A stretch of DNA of 37,116 nucleotides from a virus (taxonomy: Duplodnaviria; Caudoviricetes). The position numbers and the translations under genes were made by a program. The stretch is from positions 1 through 37,116 of the IMG/VR virus record IMGVR_UViG_3300008255_000071; one strand, written 5' to 3'. Shown piece after piece: positions 1 through 7,998 of this stretch; positions within the stretch are counted from its first letter, which is position 1, and the number at the start of each line of letters is the position of its first letter. The notes beneath the pieces were generated by a model. The model saw nothing but the letters and a program-made list of their open reading frames with translations, was not told where the DNA came from and did not search any database.

Positions 1-123
1 AACGCTATGCTTGTCGCTAACCCGGGTTCATACGTCCGAGATGACTCGTGGAGCTGGAATACAGGGGCAATACTTTACGCTTCGGAAACGTTGGGAGCTA
101 TCAGTGAATCTGTGCCAACCTCT
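1..123. repeat. Terminal direct repeat / circular assembly overlap, left copy
   Basis: 1-123 is identical to 36994-37116. Confidence 0.97.
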
Positions 124-213
124 ACGGACTCCGTTGTGCGTGTGGTCGGTTTCGCATACACCACAACGACAATTTACTTCCAGCCGGAGAGCGGGTATAT
201 CACGATTGAATAA
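1..213 (+). CDS. C-terminal end of the 634-aa tail fibre/appendage protein that starts at 35302 and crosses the circular junction
   Basis: ATG at 7 corresponds to 37000, in frame with the open frame from 35302; ends TAA 211-213. Confidence 0.88.
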   Translation, partial: NAMLVANPGSYVRDDSWSWNTGAILYASETLGAISESVPTSTDSVVRVVGFAYTTTTIYFQPESGYITIE

Positions 214-1109
214 TGAAAAAGCTACTGCTCAAAATCTTTCTAGGTGCGTTACTGCTGGCTTTGCCATTGTCGGGTTTGGCGGCAGTACAGTTTGAAGTAG
301 ACACAGGTGGAACGCTTACAACCGGATTAGTCGGTTACTGGAAAATGGACGGGGATTCCACGGACTTTTTTGCCAGTGCTGACGGTACAGACAGTAGCGT
401 TACCTATAGCTCAACAACTCCGAAAATTGGCGAGTACGGGGTTTATAATGCCGGGGCTACTACTTACACGAACATCACCATACCTACAAGCACTGACGCT
501 TTTTCCGTATCCTTTTGGGCAAAGTTTGATGCGTTTTCATCTATAGGGGGCGTCGTAACAGCTCAAGTTAGCGGCTCACCTAACGCCGGTGGTTGGATTG
601 CTATTTACACTAACGCAAGTGGTGAGCTTACCACCTTTGCTCGTAGCGGTTCTAGCGACTTTGTAAACGAAGCGACAGGGGACACCCTGAGTACAGGGAC
701 GTGGTATCACGTCGTCCAAACGTGGGATTCCGCTGGGGACGGTAAGGTAAGAGTCTATATTGACGGTGCTTCACCGTTTGTTTCCACTGGTAGCTCAACC
801 ACCTCTATGGCAGGTATTCCCCCGATGGGATTTGGTGGCTTACAGTGGGCGAATGGAAGTTATGACTCATGGGTAAATGACGGCAACCAAACATCAGATG
901 TCAATGTAGATGAAGTTGGATATTGGTCTAAAGCTTTATCCTCAACTGAAGTAGCAGACCTCTACAACAGCGGAAGCGGTCAGACTATGGTAGAGGCTCC
1001 CTCCGGCCCCGCCAACCTCAAAACCTACAACGCCATCACCAAGGCCAACTGGAAAACAAAGCAAGGTATTTCTAAGTCCAATATAAAAACTAAAAACACC
1101 ATTGAATGA
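213..1109 (+). CDS. LamG/concanavalin-A-like domain protein with N-terminal signal peptide (putative receptor-binding or surface protein)
   Basis: GLVGYWKMD, FSVSFWAK, TWYHVVQTWD, VYIDG, VDEVGYWSKALSSTEVADLYNSG are LamG-3 motifs; MKKLLLKIFLGALLLALPLSGLAA is signal-peptide-like. Confidence 0.85.
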   Translation: MKKLLLKIFLGALLLALPLSGLAAVQFEVDTGGTLTTGLVGYWKMDGDSTDFFASADGTDSSVTYSSTTPKIGEYGVYNAGATTYTNITIPTSTDAFSVSFWAKFDAFSSIGGVVTAQVSGSPNAGGWIAIYTNASGELTTFARSGSSDFVNEATGDTLSTGTWYHVVQTWDSAGDGKVRVYIDGASPFVSTGSSTTSMAGIPPMGFGGLQWANGSYDSWVNDGNQTSDVNVDEVGYWSKALSSTEVADLYNSGSGQTMVEAPSGPANLKTYNAITKANWKTKQGISKSNIKTKNTIE

Positions 1110-1113
1110 TAAT

Positions 1114-1362
1114 ATGTCGGAAGTCCCGTACAACAACCGCGAACTGGATGAGAAACTCAAAGCTGTCCACTTAAAGCTGGATGAGATTATTGTTCAGACG
1201 AAAAAGACTAATGGGAGGGTGCAGAAACTGGAGGTGTGGAGGGGCTATCTTACTGGAGCTGTGGCTGTGGTCTTAATTATCGGGATTCCGCTCATCGTCT
1301 ACTCCTACAACCTCGGTCGTGAGGTGGACAAAACTACCAGAGCAATATCATTAAGTGATTAA
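1114..1362 (+). CDS. Small coiled-coil + single-TM membrane protein (holin-like)
   Basis: TNGRVQKLEVWR followed by hydrophobic YLTGAVAVVLIIGIPLIVY; ATG 1114 preferred over the track start 1102. Confidence 0.55.
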   Translation: MSEVPYNNRELDEKLKAVHLKLDEIIVQTKKTNGRVQKLEVWRGYLTGAVAVVLIIGIPLIVYSYNLGREVDKTTRAISLSD

Positions 1363-1366
1363 AAAT

Positions 1367-2287
1367 ATGAGCTCAAAATCACTGGAAAAACAGAATATCA
1401 AGATCTTTGGTGGCGCGCAGGAAACGCCTTTTGATTCGCGTGACGCCAAGTTCGGGAAGCTTTTTGGTTTGACAGTGGTCGAGGAGTTGCCGGAGGAGTT
1501 TCAGGTGCCAATGATGTCAATTAAGGATCAGGGGAATAGCGACTTCTGTACCGGGTACGCCGTAACAGCCGCCAGTGAGATCCAGGAAGGCGTGGAGCTT
1601 TGCCCGGAGTTTCAGTACGCAATGACTAAACAGCTCAGCGGAGAATCAATCGAAGCCTGGGGCGCGAACATCCGGGACGCACTCAAGTCAGCCATCAACT
1701 ACGGATCTTTAGCGCAGGCTCTAGTTCCGGAGAATTTGCGGTATAACGGCCGCAACCGTGATTTAGTAGCCAATCCCCTCAGTTGGAACGAAGGACTCTC
1801 TGCTGAGGCAGATAAGCACCGAAAAAAGGCATTTGCGCAAGCAGATGGGCCGTACGATATGTACGACAACATCCGAACCACGCTTTGGGAGGCAAACAAG
1901 GAGTACTTGGAGTCTGGCGACGTGAGTAAGCGCCGGGTTATTGTCACCGGTAGCATGTGGCGCAACCAGTGGACCCGAGCAGAGGGCGGCGAGATCCCTG
2001 AAGAGTTTATCGCCGGAGGATTCGGGCACGCTTTTGTAATCAAAGGCTGGCGCAAAGATGGCAAGCTGGTCGCGCACTTGTCCAACGGCACGAATATTGG
2101 CAAAGATGGCGACTTCTTTTTTTCACCGGTGACAGTCAATCGTGAATTTCATTTTGGTGGTGCCTTCACTCTAATCGACGAAGACAAGGAAACCATCAAG
2201 CAGCTCACTCAGATGAATCTTTCAATCAAGTGGAAATGGCTGGCCCGGATTATAGTCGCGATCCGTAATTTATTCCGTAGAAAATAA
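1367..2287 (+). CDS. Papain-like (C1-type) cysteine peptidase
   Basis: IKDQGNSDFCTGYA (oxyanion Gln and catalytic Cys), GHAFVIKGW (His), LSNGTNIGKDGDFF in place of NSWG..WG..GYF; basic amphipathic C-terminus; ATG at 1367. Confidence 0.8.
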   Translation: MSSKSLEKQNIKIFGGAQETPFDSRDAKFGKLFGLTVVEELPEEFQVPMMSIKDQGNSDFCTGYAVTAASEIQEGVELCPEFQYAMTKQLSGESIEAWGANIRDALKSAINYGSLAQALVPENLRYNGRNRDLVANPLSWNEGLSAEADKHRKKAFAQADGPYDMYDNIRTTLWEANKEYLESGDVSKRRVIVTGSMWRNQWTRAEGGEIPEEFIAGGFGHAFVIKGWRKDGKLVAHLSNGTNIGKDGDFFFSPVTVNREFHFGGAFTLIDEDKETIKQLTQMNLSIKWKWLARIIVAIRNLFRRK

Positions 2288-2291
2288 CCAT

Positions 2292-2945
2292 ATGGCAGAT
2301 TTAACCGGAGCAGAATTAAAGGTGGCCTTCGAGGATATCGTCGACGACTCCATGCCGTCGGACATTTTGTTGTATCAGATGTTTAACTTGGAAAAGAACT
2401 TGATTGAAACCGAGAGGCTCTGGGAGATCTTACTAGAGCTTGATGAAAGCCAGTCAATCAGCTCGAGCCACACTTTTCAAACTGCCATTTCTTTGCCAAG
2501 CCGCTGGCTTTATACCGACCGACTGTATGTTGGCGATTTACGCAGCCCGCTCCGACAGATATCTTTTGCCGAGTCACTCCGTTATCAAGACGCGGCACAG
2601 CGGTACTACATCAAGCCAAAGGACAGCACTTTCTTTGTGTGTGGTAAACCGGAATCCGGCTCAGTCATTCACCACTTCTACATGACCGAGAGCGCAGACA
2701 TTGACGCTAATACGGCATGGGCCTTTCCGGGTTGGGCTCACCTTCTGATCGCCATCCGAACGGCAAAGAAGTTTTACGCCGTGGACAGAGGATCTAAGAA
2801 TAACGCTTGGGATGATCGCTGGACGGTGGCTGAGCGAGAAATCGTTGACCGGCTGGTCCATTGGAATAACAAACTAATCAAAGAGGCTGCGCGCAATGGC
2901 GATCGGCCGATTGACTATAGCAGCTATCCTAACGTCGTCGCTTAA
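2292..2945 (+). CDS. Putative head-tail adaptor (P22 gp4 / T7 gp11-like position and size)
   Basis: 217 aa directly upstream of the nozzle gene; mixed helix/beta pattern (ISLPSRW, RYYI, FPGWAHLLIA); call is largely positional. Confidence 0.55.
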   Translation: MADLTGAELKVAFEDIVDDSMPSDILLYQMFNLEKNLIETERLWEILLELDESQSISSSHTFQTAISLPSRWLYTDRLYVGDLRSPLRQISFAESLRYQDAAQRYYIKPKDSTFFVCGKPESGSVIHHFYMTESADIDANTAWAFPGWAHLLIAIRTAKKFYAVDRGSKNNAWDDRWTVAEREIVDRLVHWNNKLIKEAARNGDRPIDYSSYPNVVA

Positions 2946-2950
2946 ACATT

Positions 2951-4855
2951 ATGGCTGACTACCGCGTCGAAAACTTCAAATACGGTGTAGTGAACACCCT
3001 GGAGCCTAAGAGCATTCCGACTGGGTCGGCTTCGCGTTCTTTGAATTGGCTGACGCTTGGCGATAAGATCGAGCTTCGGCGCGGTTACCGACGCATAGGT
3101 GCAAATGATGGGGTTGGCAAGGCGAGCAGTGTGCACGTGGCCCCGAATGACCTTGGCGTAGAAACTCTTTTTAAGACCTATGCACGCAAAATCAAATACC
3201 TAGACACGGCCGTTGACCCGGACGCTTGGGTGGAGATGGGATCCGACTCTATTCCGCTAGCCGCCAGTGGCGAAGACGTTTGGTGGGATAACATCAAGAC
3301 TCTGGCCGGCGCGCAATCTTGGCTCTGCTCAGTCAACGGGATTTTTTTCAAGGTGATGATAAATAAGGGCACCTCCGCTATTCCTCCGACTCTGGCTGAT
3401 CAGACCAATGCTAGCAAAAACTTCACCGGCCGCATAAAAATCAAGCGCAACCGGATCTATTTGTTTGGCCGCCTGACGGACCGCTCCGGCTTAAATGGCA
3501 GCCACATTGACGCGCGCGCTTACACCACTGAAACAGCGGAGGTTATCGGTACCGGTGATGGAGCTACTCAGACTTTTGCCAACACGCTCGCCTTCAAAGC
3601 TAGTGGTAGCCGGAGGACCTGCTTTGCAATCAGTGTCACTGACGGCGTGGAAACCTTTAGCGACAATCGGGATGGCACTCTTACCGGCGACGCCGGAGGC
3701 ACGGGCACGATAAACTACGCCACAGGAGCTATAAGCGTGACCTTTAACGCTAACGTCGGCAACAGCACTAACGTCACATGCACATACCAGTGGGAAGACT
3801 CCAGCAACACTGGTCTGGCTGATTTTAGTGAGAGCGGCACGCGCGTCGCCGGCGAAGGATTTTATCAGCCCCAAGGTGAGGGTGGGGATCTGCAAGCTGT
3901 GGAAACATACCGCTCGTTGTCTTACTGCTTACACCAAAAGACCATCTATGAGTTTGAGGAAACCATTGACGACACCAACGCCACCAATGAAGTCTTTCGC
4001 AAGCGAACCGGCTTGCCGGCTCCGCGCGCGAGCGTGGCCACCGGCGAGGGCATTTACTATGTGGACACCCGGGACCAATCCGGTACGCAAATTCGCCTAC
4101 TGAGCTTGGATTCTCAAATAGCCGAGGTAATCCCACAAGAGATCTCTTTGAACATTGATCTGACGGAGTACGCGTTTGACGCGGCCGTGGTCGCGGAGTG
4201 GGAAGACTACATCTTGGTTGCTTGCCGCACCTTGGACTCCGTAGACTCTGATTCTAAGCCGGTCAACAACCGCGTCTTGTTATACAATCGCGTCTGGAAA
4301 AGCTGGGACGTGGTTGATTATGCAGCCACCGACTTCGCAATTTACAACGGCGCGCTTATCGCCGGATCCAGCTACGCCAACAACGCGCACGAGCTATTCA
4401 GCGGCTTTGACGACGACGAAGCGCTTTATGACAACTACTGGGAAAGCAATCTGGATGAAAATGAGATTCGGGAGCTAAAGAAAAGCCGAGAGCTTTGGAT
4501 TGAGGGTGACATTGACACAGACCAAGTCATTGGCGTTCACCTATCCATTGACAACGGCGACTTTGTGTTGCTAGGTACAATTGAAGGTGATGGCGATTAT
4601 GTGGACGCCGGTGCGGGTGTAGCCGTAGGCCAAACCACCATTGGCAAAAAGGTCGTCGGCGGTTCCAATGACAATGATGTCGTGACCGCTCACCACTACT
4701 TGCGCAAGTTGTCAGTGCGCCAGTTAATCGGAAAGTACCAGCGCGCTAAGGTTAAATTCGTGGCCCAGAATATCGGTTACGCCTCAGTGTCCAGCTATGA
4801 GTTCAAAGACATTGAGCGCTACGGCAACCGCATTCCGGCAAAATATAATGTTTAA
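2951..4855 (+). CDS. Putative tail nozzle/stabilisation protein (P22 gp10 / T7 gp12-like) with an inserted beta domain
   Basis: Start (NFKYGVVN, IELRRGY), beta-propeller-like strands, NNRVLLYNRVWKSW, 634 aa, follows the adaptor. Confidence 0.65.
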   Translation: MADYRVENFKYGVVNTLEPKSIPTGSASRSLNWLTLGDKIELRRGYRRIGANDGVGKASSVHVAPNDLGVETLFKTYARKIKYLDTAVDPDAWVEMGSDSIPLAASGEDVWWDNIKTLAGAQSWLCSVNGIFFKVMINKGTSAIPPTLADQTNASKNFTGRIKIKRNRIYLFGRLTDRSGLNGSHIDARAYTTETAEVIGTGDGATQTFANTLAFKASGSRRTCFAISVTDGVETFSDNRDGTLTGDAGGTGTINYATGAISVTFNANVGNSTNVTCTYQWEDSSNTGLADFSESGTRVAGEGFYQPQGEGGDLQAVETYRSLSYCLHQKTIYEFEETIDDTNATNEVFRKRTGLPAPRASVATGEGIYYVDTRDQSGTQIRLLSLDSQIAEVIPQEISLNIDLTEYAFDAAVVAEWEDYILVACRTLDSVDSDSKPVNNRVLLYNRVWKSWDVVDYAATDFAIYNGALIAGSSYANNAHELFSGFDDDEALYDNYWESNLDENEIRELKKSRELWIEGDIDTDQVIGVHLSIDNGDFVLLGTIEGDGDYVDAGAGVAVGQTTIGKKVVGGSNDNDVVTAHHYLRKLSVRQLIGKYQRAKVKFVAQNIGYASVSSYEFKDIERYGNRIPAKYNV

Positions 4856-4860
4856 GGTCG

Positions 4861-4899
4861 ATATCCACAATACTCATCTAAGCTAATCAGTGCTAAAAT
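4861..4899 (+). promoter_or_regulatory. Extended -10 promoter (TGcTAAAAT) with upstream DnaA-box-like ATATCCACA
   Basis: Box 4861-4869, TG 4891-4892, TAAAAT 4894-4899, ATG 9 nt later (near-leaderless). Confidence 0.55.
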
Positions 4900-4908
4900 A
4901 ATAAAGAT

Positions 4909-6540
4909 ATGTTTTCGTCAATTTTTCTAAAACTCGCAGCCGGGCTCACAGCTCTGGCAACCTCCTTCGGCTTAATCGCCGGACCGGTAGCTATACAGCC
5001 TCCGATTGAGCCGGCACCAACTCTTGAGCAGCAAGAAGCGGCTCGCGATTTTTATCGCAGTGTATACGAGCGGATCGATGAGATCCAAGCGCAACTTGAC
5101 AGCGTGACTGCCAACTTCGGGGCTTCAATACCGGTTGTAGTCACTTCTTTTGAAACATCGCTCGCCTCCGGTATCACCGCGGCCGCGACCAGTATGACTT
5201 TGGTCAAAGGGACAGACGACGCCGGCAATACTCTTTCCGGCTATATGTGCTTCACCGTAGACGTGAACACAACCAAGCAAGAGTTCGTGTGTGGCACAGC
5301 CAGCTCCACGGCTATCACCGGAATGATCCGAGGCATTGATCCGCAAGACGGGGACTTGGAAGTGACGGCTCTCAAACAGATCCACCGCGTCGGGGCTAAG
5401 GTCGCGCAGACAGACGCGCCAATTCTAAACATCCTCAGCCGGATTCTTAATGGCGATGAAACCCTGCCCAATACACTGACCTACGCCAACACGGCTACAA
5501 GTACAATAGTGAACGCAGGGGATTTGGTGAGTAAAGCTTATGCGGACGCTCTAGCTTTTGGAGCCATACCCGAAGCTAGCCTGACCGCTGGCGGGTTTAG
5601 TGAACTGGCTACGCAAGCAGAACTCGCCTCCAGTACCGAGGACGGCTCAGAGGCCGTGCTAGTTGCCCCGGCCCGGTGGTTTAGCTCATTGTTTTCATCT
5701 ACGACCACTGTCCCAGTTACCAACACAGTCGGGAAGCTGGCGCAAGGGTTTTTGGATTTGACGGAAAGTTTTACTTTTAGCGGAGCCGTACAAACAACCG
5801 ACAATTCTTCGTTTGCCATTACAGGTACGTCCGGCGAAACTATCAACGGGGCCACGCTCCCGGTCCCAGTTTATGCCTCCAGCACCAACTCACGATACTA
5901 CGCAGTGGACGGCAATGATACTGACAGGCTAAAATACGTGGGTTTTGCGGTGACCAATGGTACGGCCTCCAGCTCGATAGACGTAAAGACTAGCGGGATT
6001 GTAAATGGGTTCACTAGTCTAAGCGTCGGGTCTGCTTATTATGTTCAGGACACAGTCGGTACAATCGCTACTAGCACAGGTACATATCCAGTATTGGTTG
6101 GCACAGCTATCAGCTCTACCGAGATAGAGATTCAGAAAGGCGGTAGACACAGAATAGGGAGCATTACTCTTTCCGACCAGGGTGCTGACGAAAACACTAC
6201 AACACAAACAGTGACTCTCGGATTTAGGCCAGAGAAAATACGAGCGCGTACTTCGCAGGTCACCAGCTCGGGGAGCGCTGACTCTACAAGCGTATCCGAG
6301 GCAGACGGTACTTGGATTAACGGTTCTTACCAAACCTTGCTTGTTCAGTGGACACAATCTAATGCTCAAACCCAACACGAGACCGACAAGGTACTCCATG
6401 TATATAACACGTCCGCTTCAGAACAGTACGTGGTAACTATTACGAGTGTGACTGATGTTGGTTTCACATTCTCAATCCTTCAAAAACAAACAAGCACCGA
6501 TTCCTTCACGGTCTCGTGGGAAGCCGAAGGTGATTTCTAA
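4909..6540 (+). CDS. Putative tail fibre/spike protein with N-terminal hydrophobic leader
   Basis: S/T/G-rich beta sequence, DLVSKAYAD and FSELATQAE fibre-type motifs, internal VGFA...SGIV...LVGTAIS domain; leader MFSSIFLKLAAGLTALATSFGLIAG. Confidence 0.6.
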   Translation: MFSSIFLKLAAGLTALATSFGLIAGPVAIQPPIEPAPTLEQQEAARDFYRSVYERIDEIQAQLDSVTANFGASIPVVVTSFETSLASGITAAATSMTLVKGTDDAGNTLSGYMCFTVDVNTTKQEFVCGTASSTAITGMIRGIDPQDGDLEVTALKQIHRVGAKVAQTDAPILNILSRILNGDETLPNTLTYANTATSTIVNAGDLVSKAYADALAFGAIPEASLTAGGFSELATQAELASSTEDGSEAVLVAPARWFSSLFSSTTTVPVTNTVGKLAQGFLDLTESFTFSGAVQTTDNSSFAITGTSGETINGATLPVPVYASSTNSRYYAVDGNDTDRLKYVGFAVTNGTASSSIDVKTSGIVNGFTSLSVGSAYYVQDTVGTIATSTGTYPVLVGTAISSTEIEIQKGGRHRIGSITLSDQGADENTTTQTVTLGFRPEKIRARTSQVTSSGSADSTSVSEADGTWINGSYQTLLVQWTQSNAQTQHETDKVLHVYNTSASEQYVVTITSVTDVGFTFSILQKQTSTDSFTVSWEAEGDF

Positions 6541-6545
6541 AATAT

Positions 6546-6692
6546 ATGAAATACGAATCTTACGGATACAAAACCGGCGAAGTAATCCTCACCTTCAAAT
6601 TTGCCAAAGATGAAAACCTAGGAAAAAATAAGGCCGATTTCCTGGCGCTCTTAAAAGAAGCCGTCGCTGATTTGGACGGCGAGGCGCAATAG
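6546..6692 (+). CDS. Small hypothetical protein, 48 aa (MKYESYGYKTGEVILTFKFAKDENLGKNKADFLALLKEAVADLDGEAQ)
   Basis: Fills the gap between 6540 and 6697 almost exactly; tATG start context; below the ORF-track cutoff. Confidence 0.65.
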   Translation: MKYESYGYKTGEVILTFKFAKDENLGKNKADFLALLKEAVADLDGEAQ

Positions 6693-6696
6693 CAAT

Positions 6697-7992
6697 ATGG
6701 CACCAATAAGCACAACAGAAAGACAAAGAATTTCCGGCGAGTTGGACCGGATCACACAGGAGGCTTTGCGTATTCAAAGCCAAATTCCGAACGCTACAGA
6801 ATCTCCATCTCCAACTCCATCAGCAGATACTACCAACCAAGAGTTTACGCCGCGCTATCCTACCACCAAGCCGACTACCGGGGCGGTTGCAAGGCCGAAG
6901 ACTGAGCTGGACCGTGCTCAAGAAAGTTTGTTTGGTACGGCTCAGGAGCGCGCGGGTTTGACTGACGAAGATAAGGACGCGGTCCGGCAACGGATTCGTG
7001 GTCAGTTTGACGAACAGATCGCCGCCATCAATGCCTATTCCAATACACTAAGTCAGCAAGCAACGCAGCGCGGTGTCGGCCGCCTCGGCCAAGACCGTGC
7101 CATTCAGAATGTCCGCGGTACGACCGGTGGCAGTTTTGGCGCGCAACAGACTGAAGGCGTGCGCGGCGTAAATGCGCAAGAGCAACAGGTTATTGAACAG
7201 GAAAGGCAGCTTTTACTCGCCGAGCTATATACTAAGATTGACCAACGTGCCCTAAACGAGCTTCAGGCTAAGAAAGAAGAGGCGTCCGGCAAGGCGAGCG
7301 CGTACGTGGATTACCTGAAAGCCTCGGCGACTGAGGCCAGGAATGATATCAAGGCTTTAGCAGCAGGAGGCGTACCACTGGAGCAAATCCCAGAGGAAGA
7401 GTTTGCGGCGCTTCTGAAAGACTCCGGCTACACGCCAAGCGTATTCAAAGCGATTTATGCTTCCAATGCAAAATCGGGCGCGGGGATAGAGGGCTTCTCC
7501 ACTAAGATAGATGGCAATCAGATCGTCACCTCGTGGTTTAATAAGGCGACCGGAAAAGCGGAGTTCGATATTCGGCCCCTTTCAGAAGGCGACTCCAACA
7601 ACTTCCAGCACAGTCAGTTCAACTCGGAAACCGGGGACATTGTGTTGTGGAGTGACGCCGGTGAGTCTAAGGTGATCAAGGCGACAGCTGGCAAGCCGAA
7701 AAGCCAGCCAGCTAGCTATCAGGAATGGGTGCTGGCCGGACAGCCTGGCGACTACGCCAGTTGGTTGAAGAAAAAAGAAGGTAGCACTTTCAAGCCAACC
7801 GCGGACGAGCGCAGCGCCGCCAACCGGTACATTCAGCAACTCCCCGGATATACTCCGGCTGACAGTGAGAAGCTAGAAAGTGATCCGGCTTTCTTCTACG
7901 CTATCCTTCAAAAAGCGATCGAGGGATCTGAGGGTGGCACCGGCTTCCCGATTCAACCGTTCAAGTACCCGTACTTTGGACCGAGCAACTAG
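6697..7992 (+). CDS. Putative DNA ejection / internal virion protein
   Basis: Q/A/E-rich helical sequence with RGTTGGSFGAQQ glycine patch; lies between tail genes and the giant LPD38 protein. Confidence 0.55.
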   Translation: MAPISTTERQRISGELDRITQEALRIQSQIPNATESPSPTPSADTTNQEFTPRYPTTKPTTGAVARPKTELDRAQESLFGTAQERAGLTDEDKDAVRQRIRGQFDEQIAAINAYSNTLSQQATQRGVGRLGQDRAIQNVRGTTGGSFGAQQTEGVRGVNAQEQQVIEQERQLLLAELYTKIDQRALNELQAKKEEASGKASAYVDYLKASATEARNDIKALAAGGVPLEQIPEEEFAALLKDSGYTPSVFKAIYASNAKSGAGIEGFSTKIDGNQIVTSWFNKATGKAEFDIRPLSEGDSNNFQHSQFNSETGDIVLWSDAGESKVIKATAGKPKSQPASYQEWVLAGQPGDYASWLKKKEGSTFKPTADERSAANRYIQQLPGYTPADSEKLESDPAFFYAILQKAIEGSEGGTGFPIQPFKYPYFGPSN

Positions 7993-7998
7993 ATCACT

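Noticed and set aside
1-123. Biological terminal repeat of the packaged DNA
   Set aside because: It falls mid-gene and has k-mer-like length; more likely an assembly overlap of a circular or permuted genome
7-213. Stand-alone 68-aa gene in the track
   Set aside because: It is the C-terminus of the gene starting at 35302 across the circular junction
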